Source: Silicimonas sp.
GTDB taxonomy: Bacteria > Pseudomonadota > Alphaproteobacteria > Rhodobacterales > Rhodobacteraceae
Length of the DNA: 64,000 nt
Reading direction: 5' to 3'
Assembly (NCBI GenBank): GCA_022826385.1
Contig: JAJDUZ010000040.1
Location: 1,706-65,705 of the forward strand
The position numbers were made by a program, and so were the translations under genes. Shown piece by piece: positions 18,017 to 27,196 of this stretch. Positions within the stretch are counted from its first letter, which is position 1; each line of letters starts with the position of its first letter. Under the pieces are notes generated by a model. The model was given only the letters and a program-made list of their open reading frames with translations. It had not been told where the DNA came from and searched no databases.

Positions 18017-18973
18017 TCAGTCGCGCCTCGGCCTGACCTCGGCCCCTGTTGCCGGAGGCTCGTAATCGACCATCTCGGCGGGGAAACCAGGCGCACAAAT
18101 GTCGAGGCCGGTGGGGTCTTCATAGCGGCGGATGATGTTGGGCGAGAACTCGCGGGGGCCATAGGTGTCGATGGCCTCTTCGAAGAGGCCGACCAACATC
18201 GGCGACAGCGCCAGCGGCACGTCGTGATCCTGGGCAATCGACTGGAAGAGCCCGATATCCTTCAAAACAAGGTCCATCGTGAAGTTGATGTCGCGCGAGC
18301 CGTTGAGGATGACCTGGCTTTCCGTCTCGTGCACGAAGCTGTTGCCCGACGAAATGCGGATAGCTTCATAGGTGGTCGCAAGATCAAGCCCGGCCGCTTT
18401 CATTGTGGTCAGCGCTTCGGCGAGGGCCACAAGATGGGTGGTGGCCAGATAGTTGGTCATAACCTTCAGCTTCGAGGCGCTGCCAATCGGGCCGGTGTGC
18501 AGGACACGCCGCCCGAGGATCGTCAGAACCGGCAACATGGCGTCGAAAGTTTCGCGCGCGCCGCCCGCGAAGATCGAGATATTGCCGGTGGCCGCCCGGT
18601 GGCAGCCGCCCGAAACAGGGCATTCGATGGCCGCCGCACCGGTTGCTTCGACAAGGGCGGCAAGCCGGGTCATCTCGGCGGCGTCGGTCGTCGACATCTC
18701 GGCCCATGTCTTGCCGGGGCCAAGGGCGCTCAGCAAACCATCCGGGCCTTCCATCACCGCGGCCGAAGCGGCGGGCGAGGGCAGGCAGGTGATGACAATA
18801 TCGCACGCCTCGACCATCGCCGCCGGGCTGTCGGCCCACTGGGCGCCTTGGGCCAAAAACGGCTCGGCCGCGCCCCGGTCCAGATCGCGGACCGTCAAGT
18901 CGACGCCGTTCGCCAGCAGGTTGCCCGCCAGCTTGCCGCCGACATTCCCAAGGCCGATGAAACCGATTTTCAT
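18017..18973 (-). CDS. NAD(P)-dependent oxidoreductase, 3-hydroxyisobutyrate/6-phosphogluconate dehydrogenase-like
   Basis: Start MKIGFIGLGNVGGKLAGNL (Rossmann GxGxxG). The track ORF has a 40-codon upstream extension. Confidence 0.8.
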   Translation of the reverse strand: MKIGFIGLGNVGGKLAGNLLANGVDLTVRDLDRGAAEPFLAQGAQWADSPAAMVEACDIVITCLPSPAASAAVMEGPDGLLSALGPGKTWAEMSTTDAAEMTRLAALVEATGAAAIECPVSGGCHRAATGNISIFAGGARETFDAMLPVLTILGRRVLHTGPIGSASKLKVMTNYLATTHLVALAEALTTMKAAGLDLATTYEAIRISSGNSFVHETESQVILNGSRDINFTMDLVLKDIGLFQSIAQDHDVPLALSPMLVGLFEEAIDTYGPREFSPNIIRRYEDPTGLDICAPGFPAEMVDYEPPATGAEVRPRRD

Positions 18974-19087
18974 GGAAGACACCTTTCGTTTTGCCTTGCA
19001 TCCTGACCGTGCAGAGATGCAACAGGCTGGCCCGTTTGCGGCAAAATCTGCCGTTATTTCCACTGCTTGGCCACATTGCGTTCCTAA

Positions 19088-20419
19088 GTGCAACGGCAGA
19101 TGGAAGCCTTACTCATTATTTTTGCGGAACTTCTGTTCGCCTGCCTTGCCCCGCTCTTGGCCGCGATCGGCGCGCTGATTGCGCTGGTGTTCGAGCTTTT
19201 TGCTTTGCTCATCACCATGCTTTTCGGGGGGTCTTCACGGAAGACGCCGCCCGCAAAGAGGCGGGATGCGCAAGGGACGCGTGGTCATCCAGCGACAGGA
19301 TCAACATCAGGTTCGTCACAAAAGCCGTTGTTTTCAAAGAAAACCATCCACTGGATTGCCGGGGGCTTTGGCGGCGTTGCGGTTCTTGCGGTCATCGCCA
19401 GTTTCGTGCTGTTCGATCCGCTCTTGCGCATGATCCTGACCACCGCGGGCGACCGGGCCGAGATGTCGATTTCCTATGAGGAAAGCTCGGGCTCGCTTTT
19501 GAGTGGTCGCGTCGCCCTTTCGGGGTTGGCGTTGCAGCGGCAAAGTGAAGACGGTCTGGCCTTCGATCTGCGCGTGAAGCGGATCGAGGCGGATGTGGAC
19601 TTGTTCAGCCTCTTTGGCAGTGAACCCCGCATTCAATTCGCCGCCGTGGACGGGGTTTCGGGCGTCGTGACACCACCCGAAGCGCGGGACGCACATGTCG
19701 AAGCGCCTGCGCGTCCCAAACCGGCGCGCCGTCCCTTCCGGGCGGATCGGGTTGAAGTGGCGGATGTTCTTGTGTCTGTCCAGCCGCGCAATTCCGAGCC
19801 CTATGATCTGGAGATCCGGGCTGGTGATGTCGCGCCGTTCCGCAGCCAGTTGGCGATGTTCGATCTGCTGTTCCGCTCGAACCTTGAGGCCAGTGTCGCG
19901 GGCCAGCCGCTTTATGTGGCGACGCGCGACATCTCGGAACAGGGGCGCGAGACGATCTGGAGTTTCGAGGAGGTCGAGGTCGACCGTCTCAAACTGATCC
20001 TGCCGAAAGCGCCGCTGACATGGCTCAGCGACGGCACCGTCACTGCCCGGGTCGAGGATCGCTGGGACCTGACCGACGACGAAATCGACATGGATTGGCG
20101 GATTACGCTGGACGGGATTGAGGTTGCCACGCCTGAGGCAGCCGGGCAGACAGAAGCTTTTCTTGCCAATGGGTTGGCGCGCATCGTGAATGCAAAAGGC
20201 GGAGATGCCGATTTCCAGTATCGGCTCGAACTTGGCCCCGAGGAGGTCGCTGCCTTGCGTCGCGGAGACCTCTCGACCTTCTGGGACACGGTTCTGAAGG
20301 GCTTCCTGCGCCCCAAATTCATCGAAACGTCCGACGAGCCCGCGACCGAGGGGCCGGGCCGTGTGCAGACGGCAATCGACGCGCTCAGGGAGCGGTTCCG
20401 GCGGTCAGACGCCGACTGA
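19088..20419 (+). CDS. Hypothetical membrane-anchored protein (443 aa; alternative start ATG 19100)
   Basis: Hydrophobic N-terminus and a second TM segment near residue 95, followed by a large soluble region. No family recognised with confidence. Confidence 0.55.
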   Translation: MQRQMEALLIIFAELLFACLAPLLAAIGALIALVFELFALLITMLFGGSSRKTPPAKRRDAQGTRGHPATGSTSGSSQKPLFSKKTIHWIAGGFGGVAVLAVIASFVLFDPLLRMILTTAGDRAEMSISYEESSGSLLSGRVALSGLALQRQSEDGLAFDLRVKRIEADVDLFSLFGSEPRIQFAAVDGVSGVVTPPEARDAHVEAPARPKPARRPFRADRVEVADVLVSVQPRNSEPYDLEIRAGDVAPFRSQLAMFDLLFRSNLEASVAGQPLYVATRDISEQGRETIWSFEEVEVDRLKLILPKAPLTWLSDGTVTARVEDRWDLTDDEIDMDWRITLDGIEVATPEAAGQTEAFLANGLARIVNAKGGDADFQYRLELGPEEVAALRRGDLSTFWDTVLKGFLRPKFIETSDEPATEGPGRVQTAIDALRERFRRSDAD

Positions 20420-20461
20420 CGGGTCTTGCCCCTTTGGCGCGTCCGTGGTGATCTCGCGCCC

Positions 20462-21571
20462 ATGACGCGCCCCAAGGAAACTCCGCTCGCCCAAAGCCTG
20501 CCCGCCACGGTGCCATTTGTTGGTCCGGAAGCCATCGAGCGCGCCACGGGACGGGTGTTCAAGGCGCGATTGGGGGCCAATGAAAGCGTGTTCGGACCTT
20601 CGCCCAAGGTGCTGGACGCGATCCGGTCGTCGGCGCCCGAGGCGTGGATGTATGGCGACCCCGAAAGTCATGACCTGCGCCATGCCTTGGCCGCGTCGCT
20701 GGGCATTGCGCCGGGCGAGGTCGTCGTGGGCGAGGGGATCGACGGGCTTCTAGGCTATGTCGTGCGGCTTTATGTGGGGCCGGGGGATGTGGTGGTGACG
20801 TCGGACGGGGCGTATCCCACGTTCAACTATCACGTGGCCGGGTTCGGCGGGCAGTTGGTCAAGGTGCCTTATGTCGACGATCGCGAAGACCCCGACAGCC
20901 TGATTGCGGCGGCGCATCAGCATGGCGCCAAGCTTGTCTATTTTGCCAATCCCGACAATCCGATGGGGTCGTGGCATGACGCAGGCGCGGTGACGGCCTT
21001 GCTTGATGGCCTGCCCGAGGGCTGTCTTCTGGTGCTGGACGAGGCCTATGTCGAGTTTGCGCCCGAGGGCGCTGTGCCCGTGATTGATGTATCAGATCCG
21101 CGCGTGATCCGAATGCGCACGTTTTCAAAGGCTTATGGTCTGGCGGGCATGCGGGTCGGTTATGCGTTCGGCGAGGCCGAGGTCATCCGGGGGTTCGAGA
21201 AGATCCGGAACCATTTCGGGCTTTCGCGGGTCAGTCAGGCCGCCGCGCTCGCGGCGCTGGAGGATGCCGGCTGGGTGGACGTGGTGCGGGCCAAAGTCGA
21301 AACCGCCCGGTCCCGCATCGCCGAGATCGCAACCGGGCAGGGTCTGACGCCGCTGCCCTCGGCCACCAATTTCGTGACCATCGATTGCGGGCAGGACGCG
21401 ACCTTTGCCAAGGCGGTGCTGGAGGGTCTGGTTGCGCGCGGCGTCTTCGTGCGCATGCCGTTTGCCGCCCCCGGCAATCGATGCATCCGCATCAGTGCCG
21501 GGCCCTCGCAAGACCTTGATTTGCTGGCCGAGATGTTGCCGCTCGCGCTTGCCGAAGCACAGGGTGGCTGA
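20462..21571 (+). CDS. Histidinol-phosphate aminotransferase-family PLP enzyme
   Basis: Class I/II aminotransferase signature; the likely PLP lysine is in …RMRTFSKAYGLAGMRVGY…. ATG 20462 is chosen inside the track ORF. Confidence 0.75.
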   Translation: MTRPKETPLAQSLPATVPFVGPEAIERATGRVFKARLGANESVFGPSPKVLDAIRSSAPEAWMYGDPESHDLRHALAASLGIAPGEVVVGEGIDGLLGYVVRLYVGPGDVVVTSDGAYPTFNYHVAGFGGQLVKVPYVDDREDPDSLIAAAHQHGAKLVYFANPDNPMGSWHDAGAVTALLDGLPEGCLLVLDEAYVEFAPEGAVPVIDVSDPRVIRMRTFSKAYGLAGMRVGYAFGEAEVIRGFEKIRNHFGLSRVSQAAALAALEDAGWVDVVRAKVETARSRIAEIATGQGLTPLPSATNFVTIDCGQDATFAKAVLEGLVARGVFVRMPFAAPGNRCIRISAGPSQDLDLLAEMLPLALAEAQGG

Positions 21572-21632
21572 AAATTGCTTGCGCGCAATTTTATTACTCG
21601 CGCGTGAAGAGAAACTCGGTAAACTTTTTTCT

Positions 21633-21797
21633 ATGCGTGAAGTTGAAAACTATACAGATGCTTTCCTGGTCGCCGCGGGCGTCCTTGTTTTCATGGTGCT
21701 TTTCGCGATCTGGGCCATTTGGGGCCTGATCGTCGCCGGTCTGGTTTCATGGGGCGCAGACCGATTGATGACCGTGGAGTTCAAGCCCAAATCCTGA
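21633..21797 (+). CDS. Small two-TM membrane protein (54 aa)
   Basis: MREVENYTDAFLVAAGVLVFMVLFAIWAIWGLIVAGLVSWGADRLM…. The rest of track ORF 21405..21797 overlaps the aminotransferase gene out of frame. Confidence 0.4.
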   Translation: MREVENYTDAFLVAAGVLVFMVLFAIWAIWGLIVAGLVSWGADRLMTVEFKPKS

Positions 21798-21799
21798 GA

Positions 21800-22270
21800 T
21801 CACGCTGCCGGGTTGCAGCATGTTTTGCCCGAGTGATCGGAGCGTCGGCGTTCAAACGGGCGACAGACAGCCGTGGTGCGGTTCAATGACAGCTCTGCGC
21901 GGCCATCCTTGAAAACCGGTTCAGACGGCGTCAGCAGCATCAAGCCTTCGTTCTTGGGCGCAAACTCGACCATGAACGGTGCGTCGGCAAGTGCGGGCAG
22001 TCGTGCAAGGCTTTGCTTGAGGATGGTCCGGAACGTGCCGACCGTCATGTGAGCGCCGCCGTATCCATCGAGCAATTGCAGGCGGGTTTCCGTGAACCGG
22101 GTAACCGTCCCGCTGCAATCGATGCTGGTCGTGTCCGACAGGCGCAACTCGGTGACGTGATAGCCGCCCTGAATAGATGTGCCATTGTACTGGAAGACCA
22201 GTGAAGCTTCGTCGGGAAGGCGGGTGAGGGCGTCAAACAGGGCGGCAAAGGTCATTCGAGCATCTTTCAT
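21800..22270 (-). CDS. DUF6428-like protein (ArsR-associated)
   Basis: MKDARMTFAALFDALTRLPDEASLVFQYNG…GGYHVTELR… is a family I recall as DUF6428, typically next to ArsR/ars genes. C-terminus contains CRP…CC. Alternative start is 22255. Confidence 0.55.
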   Translation of the reverse strand: MKDARMTFAALFDALTRLPDEASLVFQYNGTSIQGGYHVTELRLSDTTSIDCSGTVTRFTETRLQLLDGYGGAHMTVGTFRTILKQSLARLPALADAPFMVEFAPKNEGLMLLTPSEPVFKDGRAELSLNRTTAVCRPFERRRSDHSGKTCCNPAA

Positions 22271-22330
22271 TTCAATTAGTCTTGAAATAGCTTGGCATGG
22301 AAGATCATTTATTTCAAGGGTAGTTGAAAT
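22269..22330. promoter_or_regulatory. Twin identical operators ATTTCAA-N6-TTGAAAT
   Basis: Copy 1 at 22269..22288 (ATTTCAATTAGTCTTGAAAT) and copy 2 at 22311..22330 (ATTTCAAGGGTAGTTGAAAT). Their centres are 42 bp apart, and each abuts one of the two divergent start codons. Confidence 0.6.
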
Positions 22331-22645
22331 ATGACTGAAGAGGATGCCGCAGACCTCTTTCACGCCCTGTCCAATCCGGACCGGCTTCGGGTCATTCGCG
22401 TGTTGGTGGTTGCTGGGCCGGGTGGGCTGAGCGCGGGTGAGATCGCCGAGGCCCTTGGGGCCAGCCCATCGCGCGCGTCCTTTCATCTGGCCAGTCTGAC
22501 CGAGGCTGGGTTGCTGACACGTGAGCGGCAGTCAAGAACGCAGCGCTATGCTGTTGATATCACTCGGGTTGGCGCGCTTCTGAACTTCATGCTCGAGGAT
22601 TGCTGCAAAGGCAGCCCGGCTTTGAAAGACTGCTGCGTGATGTGA
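22331..22645 (+). CDS. ArsR/SmtB-family metalloregulator with a C-terminal CC-x8-CC motif
   Basis: wHTH LSNPDRLRVIRVLV…LSAGEIAEALGASPSRASFHLASLTEAGLL. C-terminus is EDCCKGSPALKDCCVM. Confidence 0.88.
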   Translation: MTEEDAADLFHALSNPDRLRVIRVLVVAGPGGLSAGEIAEALGASPSRASFHLASLTEAGLLTRERQSRTQRYAVDITRVGALLNFMLEDCCKGSPALKDCCVM

Positions 22646-22674
22646 ACAATCGGGCGTCCTAACGGGTGGCCGGT

Positions 22675-23877
22675 TCAGGGTCTGGTGGCCTCTGCGATCA
22701 CTGCCGCTGCCTTTTCAATCCCGCCCGGCGCATGCTCCATGTCGACGGCTTTCAGCCCGGCCTCGATCGTGGCCAAGGCGCCCAGCACCATTTGCGCGTT
22801 GACATGGCCCATATGGCCAAGACGGAAGAAATGATCCCATTCGTCCGAGTCGTCGTCGGCCATGCCAAGCCCGATGCCCAAGGTCAGCCCGGCTTGCGTT
22901 TCGCACCATTGCCGCAGCGCGGTGCCCTTGGGCGACCCCGCCCGCAGCGCGGTCACCGAATGCGAGCGCAGGGCCGGGTTTGTCATGTTCACTTCCAGCG
23001 GTCCGACCGAGCCCCAGTGATCGAACGCGGCCCAGACGGCGCGGGCCAGCGTGGCGTGGCGGGCCCAGACGTTTTCCAGCCCTTCCTCGCCGATCATTTT
23101 CAGCGCCTCGTCCAGGCCATAGAGATGATGCGTCGGTGCCGTGCCGTCGAAATAGCGATAGAACATCGGCGGATCGACGCGCGGGCGCCAATCCCAGTAA
23201 TGCGTCACGCATTTTGCCGTGTCCCGCGCCCGGTCGGCCTTGTCCGAAAAGAAGACGAAGCCCAGCCCGGGCGGTGTCATCAGCCCTTTCTGCGAGCCGG
23301 TGATCATCACATCGACGCCCCACGCGTCCATCTCGAACCGGTCACATCCCAGCGACGCCATGCAATCGATCATCAGCAGGGCATCATGGCCAACTTCATC
23401 CATTGTGTCCCGCAAAGCCTTGATATCATTGCGAACGCCGGTAGACGTGTCGGTCTGAACGGCCAGCACAGCCTTGATCCGCCCGTCGTCTTCGGCCAGT
23501 CGTTCGCGCACGGCGTCCAGATCGATCGTGTCGCGCTTGCCGAAGTCGAGGATCTCGCAATTGACGCCCATCATCCGGGCAATATCGGCCCACCCATGGG
23601 CAAAGCGGCCCGTTGCTGGCACCAGCACCACATCGCCGGGCGACAGCACATTGGCGATGGCGGCTTCCCAGGCGCCGTGCCCGTTGGCGATATATATAGC
23701 CACATGTGCCTCGGTCCGCGCCACTTTGCGCAGCCGCGCGGTGAGGGTGGGCACAAGCTCGGGCAGTTCGCCGTAATAAATGTTGGGTGCGGCACGATGC
23801 ATGGCGCGCAGCACCCGTTCGGGCATCACCGAAGGGCCGGGAATTGCAAGATACGTCAAACCGCCGGAAAGGGTCAT
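22675..23877 (-). CDS. Class-V aminotransferase (serine-glyoxylate / alanine-glyoxylate type)
   Basis: MTLSGGLTYLAIPGPSVMPERVLRAM…VDVMITGSQKGLMTPPGLGF (PLP lysine). ATG 23877 is chosen inside the track ORF. Confidence 0.8.
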   Translation of the reverse strand: MTLSGGLTYLAIPGPSVMPERVLRAMHRAAPNIYYGELPELVPTLTARLRKVARTEAHVAIYIANGHGAWEAAIANVLSPGDVVLVPATGRFAHGWADIARMMGVNCEILDFGKRDTIDLDAVRERLAEDDGRIKAVLAVQTDTSTGVRNDIKALRDTMDEVGHDALLMIDCMASLGCDRFEMDAWGVDVMITGSQKGLMTPPGLGFVFFSDKADRARDTAKCVTHYWDWRPRVDPPMFYRYFDGTAPTHHLYGLDEALKMIGEEGLENVWARHATLARAVWAAFDHWGSVGPLEVNMTNPALRSHSVTALRAGSPKGTALRQWCETQAGLTLGIGLGMADDDSDEWDHFFRLGHMGHVNAQMVLGALATIEAGLKAVDMEHAPGGIEKAAAVIAEATRP

Positions 23878-23944
23878 TTCGCGTTGTCCTGAAACTGTCT
23901 GGACAGAGACGTAGAAGCCACCATGGGCGGGGTCAACAGCGCGC

Positions 23945-24655
23945 ATGGCTTGTGAAGGCCCTTGGCAAGGTTTAGACCCCCGACACACGCAAGAAACGGA
24001 GCCGAAAAGGGCCCCCTTGGAGCAGAACAGTCTCTTTGCCTCGCCGGCCGACCGGCGCGCCGCCTATCGCCAGCTTATGCTGACCGATCACGGGTTCCTG
24101 CGCTCGGTCTGGACGCATGAATACGAGATTGCGCCGGGGGTTTGGCGCTCGAACCAGCCTAGCCCGCGCCGGATTGCCCGCTGGGCCGCACGTGGTATCA
24201 AATCGGTGTTGTTGTTGCGGGGCAAGACGCTGAATGAACCCATTCCGATGTTGGAGCAAGACGCCTGCGCGCGTCATGGGCTGACGTTGCGACAGGCTCC
24301 GGTTCACGGAGTGAAGTTGATGAAGTCGAAGAGGCTGTTGGGGCTTCTCGACGCGTTCGGCACAATCGAGCGACCCTTTGTCATGCATTGCAAATCCGGC
24401 ATTGATCGCACTGGTCTTGCCGCTTTTCTCTATCTGGTCGATCAGACGGAAGTGGCACCCGAGATTGCGCGGCGCCAGCTTTCGTTCAAGTATCTGCACC
24501 TGAAAACGTCGCGGCACGGGATACTCGACTTCATGGCAGACGCTTATCTGGCAGCGCATCGCGACCGCGGTTTGAGCCTGAGGGACTGGGCTGTCGCCGA
24601 ATACGATCCGGCTGCGCTGACGGCGCGCTATAAGTCGGCGGAGGCGCTGACATGA
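23945..24655 (+). CDS. Dual-specificity / tyrosine phosphatase-like protein (CX5R)
   Basis: Active-site loop HCKSGIDRTG. N-terminal DHGFLR segment is typical of the family. Start is uncertain (23945 or an internal codon). Confidence 0.7.
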   Translation: MACEGPWQGLDPRHTQETEPKRAPLEQNSLFASPADRRAAYRQLMLTDHGFLRSVWTHEYEIAPGVWRSNQPSPRRIARWAARGIKSVLLLRGKTLNEPIPMLEQDACARHGLTLRQAPVHGVKLMKSKRLLGLLDAFGTIERPFVMHCKSGIDRTGLAAFLYLVDQTEVAPEIARRQLSFKYLHLKTSRHGILDFMADAYLAAHRDRGLSLRDWAVAEYDPAALTARYKSAEALT

Positions 24656-26397
24656 GCCAAGACGTGAACCGCCCGGTCTTTGGCTGGGTCTGGGGCAATT
24701 ATCTGAGACGCTATCGCGGGCTGATCCTTGTCGCTTTCCTTCTGATGGCGATCGAAGGGGCGACGCTTGGCGGGTTGAGCTACCTGATGAAGCCGATGTT
24801 TGACGATGTCTTCATCGCCGGTGACCAATCGGCTGTGGGGTGGGTCGCGCTGGCGATTGCCGGGATTTTCCTTTTGCGGGCTGTCACCGCGTTTTCGCAT
24901 CGGGTGATCATGGAGGGCGTTGGCCTGCAGGTCTCGACCGCGATGCAGCGCGACATGGTGGGGCATTTCCTGACGCTCGACAGTGCCTATTTCCAAACCA
25001 ACCCCCCCGGCACGCTGATCGAGCGGGTGCGGGGCGACACGACACAAGCCAATTCGATCTGGGCCACGGTTCTGGGGGCTGCGGGGCGCGATCTTGTCGC
25101 CCTGATCGCCCTTTTGGCAGTGGCGATCTCGGTTGACCCGGTCTGGACGCTGATCGCGGTGGCGGGCGTACCGCTGCTGATCGGACCGGTCGGTGGGCTT
25201 CTGCGATTTGTCCGAGGCGTCAGTTTTGCCGCGCGCGAGCGGGCGGCACGGCTCTCGACCCGGTTGGACGAGATCTTTCACGGCATGAACACGATCAAGC
25301 TGAATACCGCCGAGGATCACGAGCATGGCCGCTTCGGCGACATGGTGCGCGACTTCCGCCGGTTCGAACGCAGGTCGCTGATCGGACGCGCGGCAGTGCC
25401 CGGCCTGATCGACGTGGTGGCGGCCCTCGGCTTTGCCGGTGTGATTTACTATGGCGGCGGTCAGATTGTCTCGGGCGACAAGACGGTGGGCGAGTTCATG
25501 TCGTTCTTCACCGCCATGGGCCTGATCTTCGATCCGCTCCGGCGGCTGGCCAATGTGACGGGTGCGTGGGCCTCGGCCCGGTCGAGCCTTGCGCGCATCC
25601 GGCAGGTGTTCGAGGCGGTGCCCGGGATCACGTCACCGGCTGCGCCCACACCTGCACCTGCCGATCCGGCGGCGGCGGATATCGTACTGAGCGACGTGGT
25701 GCTACGCTATAAAGGCCAGCCGGCGTTGAACGGGGCCAGTTTCACGGCGCGGGCTGGTGAGACGACGGCGCTGGTCGGCGCTTCGGGGGCGGGGAAATCC
25801 AGCGTGTTCAACGTGCTGACCCGGCTTGTCGATGTGGAAAGCGGTTCGGTGTCTGTCGGCGGTGCCCCGATTGACGCGGTGACGCTTACCGATCTGCGCC
25901 GGCTTTACGCCGTGGTCAGTCAGGATGCTCCGATGTTCGACGAAAGCCTTCGGTCCAACATCCTTCTGGCCGAGAAAGACGTGTCTGACGCCCGGATGGC
26001 CGAGGTGCTGGAGGCGGCGCATCTGACCGATTTCGTGCGCTCTCTGCCGGATGGGTTGGACACGCAGGTGGGGCCGCGGGGCGGCCAGCTGTCGGGCGGG
26101 CAACGCCAACGGGTTGCAATAGCGCGGGCGCTGCTGCGCGAGGCGCCGATCCTGCTTCTGGACGAGGCGACAAGCGCGCTGGACGCCGAAAGCGAGGTTC
26201 GGGTGCAGGCGGCGCTGGATGCGTTGTCCAAGGACCGGACAACGCTGGTGATCGCGCACCGGCTGGCAACGGTGCGGGCGGCGGACAAGATTGTCGTTAT
26301 GGATGCGGGCCGCGTCGTTGACGAGGGTCGGCATGACGACCTTCTGGCGCGTGGCGGGATATATGCCCGTCTTCATGCGCTTCAGTTCGACGACTGA
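24652..26397 (+). CDS. ABC exporter, fused permease/ATPase (MsbA-like)
   Basis: Six-TM exporter domain plus an NBD with GASGAGKSS, LSGGQRQR and ILLLDEATSALD. ATGA overlap with the phosphatase gene. Confidence 0.88.
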   Translation: MSQDVNRPVFGWVWGNYLRRYRGLILVAFLLMAIEGATLGGLSYLMKPMFDDVFIAGDQSAVGWVALAIAGIFLLRAVTAFSHRVIMEGVGLQVSTAMQRDMVGHFLTLDSAYFQTNPPGTLIERVRGDTTQANSIWATVLGAAGRDLVALIALLAVAISVDPVWTLIAVAGVPLLIGPVGGLLRFVRGVSFAARERAARLSTRLDEIFHGMNTIKLNTAEDHEHGRFGDMVRDFRRFERRSLIGRAAVPGLIDVVAALGFAGVIYYGGGQIVSGDKTVGEFMSFFTAMGLIFDPLRRLANVTGAWASARSSLARIRQVFEAVPGITSPAAPTPAPADPAAADIVLSDVVLRYKGQPALNGASFTARAGETTALVGASGAGKSSVFNVLTRLVDVESGSVSVGGAPIDAVTLTDLRRLYAVVSQDAPMFDESLRSNILLAEKDVSDARMAEVLEAAHLTDFVRSLPDGLDTQVGPRGGQLSGGQRQRVAIARALLREAPILLLDEATSALDAESEVRVQAALDALSKDRTTLVIAHRLATVRAADKIVVMDAGRVVDEGRHDDLLARGGIYARLHALQFDD

Positions 26398-26437
26398 GCT
26401 GTGCCATTTTCCGAGACGGAAAATGGGTCGGAAAATT

Positions 26438-27136
26438 TCATTTTCCGGACCCCGCACGCTCGTAGCGCCGCTTGAGGTCTGACGGGTCGGCCCCAAGCGC
26501 ATAGCGCGCCAGCGTCGACAAGTTGCCAACCACGCGCCGCGCCCAGCCATCGCGCGCATAACGGGCAGCCGAGGTCCATGCGGCGCAAGGCAGTTCGCGT
26601 AACCGTCCTTTCAAGGCGCGGGCCAGGGCGACATCCTCCATCAGTGGCAGGTCCGGCACACCGCCGACTTCACCCAGCACCCGGCGCGATACCAGCAGTC
26701 CCTGATCGCCATAAGGCAGGCCCAGCCAGCGCGACCGCAGCACCGCGCCGCCTGCGACCAGCCTTGGCGGCAAGCCCTCGGCGCGGAAGCGCAGGCGGAA
26801 CCATCCGGCGGCCTCGGGCGCGGTGTTCATATGATCGCGGGCGACGTCGCTCCACCCCGGCGCCAGATGCGTGTCGGCATGAAGCAGCAGCACCCAATCC
26901 CCGCTTGCGGCGGCCACACCACGGGCCAGTTGCGCCCCGCGGCCGGCGGGGCCGTTGACCCAGACCGCGCCCAGCTCGCGCGCGGCCGCCTCGGTGCCGT
27001 CGGTCGAGCCGCCATCCGAGATCACCAGTTCGCGCACCAGCCCTGACGTCGCCCCCTCGAGCAGCGCGTCGGTGGTGGCGGGCAACGCCTCGGCCGCGTT
27101 CAATGTCGGGATCACGACTGAAAGAGGGGCGGGCAT
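26438..27136 (-). CDS. Family-2 glycosyltransferase (small, TIGR04283-like)
   Basis: LSVVIPTLNAAEAL…ISDGGSTDGT…LLLHADT. ATG 27136 is chosen; the 514-aa track ORF is an upstream read-through artefact. Confidence 0.75.
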   Translation of the reverse strand: MPAPLSVVIPTLNAAEALPATTDALLEGATSGLVRELVISDGGSTDGTEAAARELGAVWVNGPAGRGAQLARGVAAASGDWVLLLHADTHLAPGWSDVARDHMNTAPEAAGWFRLRFRAEGLPPRLVAGGAVLRSRWLGLPYGDQGLLVSRRVLGEVGGVPDLPLMEDVALARALKGRLRELPCAAWTSAARYARDGWARRVVGNLSTLARYALGADPSDLKRRYERAGSGK

Positions 27137-27196
27137 GGCGGTTCCGTTCCGAAAGAAGCGCCCTATATTGGCGCAGGACAGACGGAGAGGCCAGAG

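Noticed and set aside
21572-21593. AT-rich inverted repeat AAAATTGC-N6-GCAATTTT after the aminotransferase stop
   Set aside because: The stem is weak and AT-rich, with no clear T-run context. It could be a weak terminator or an operator, but the support is insufficient to list it as a feature.
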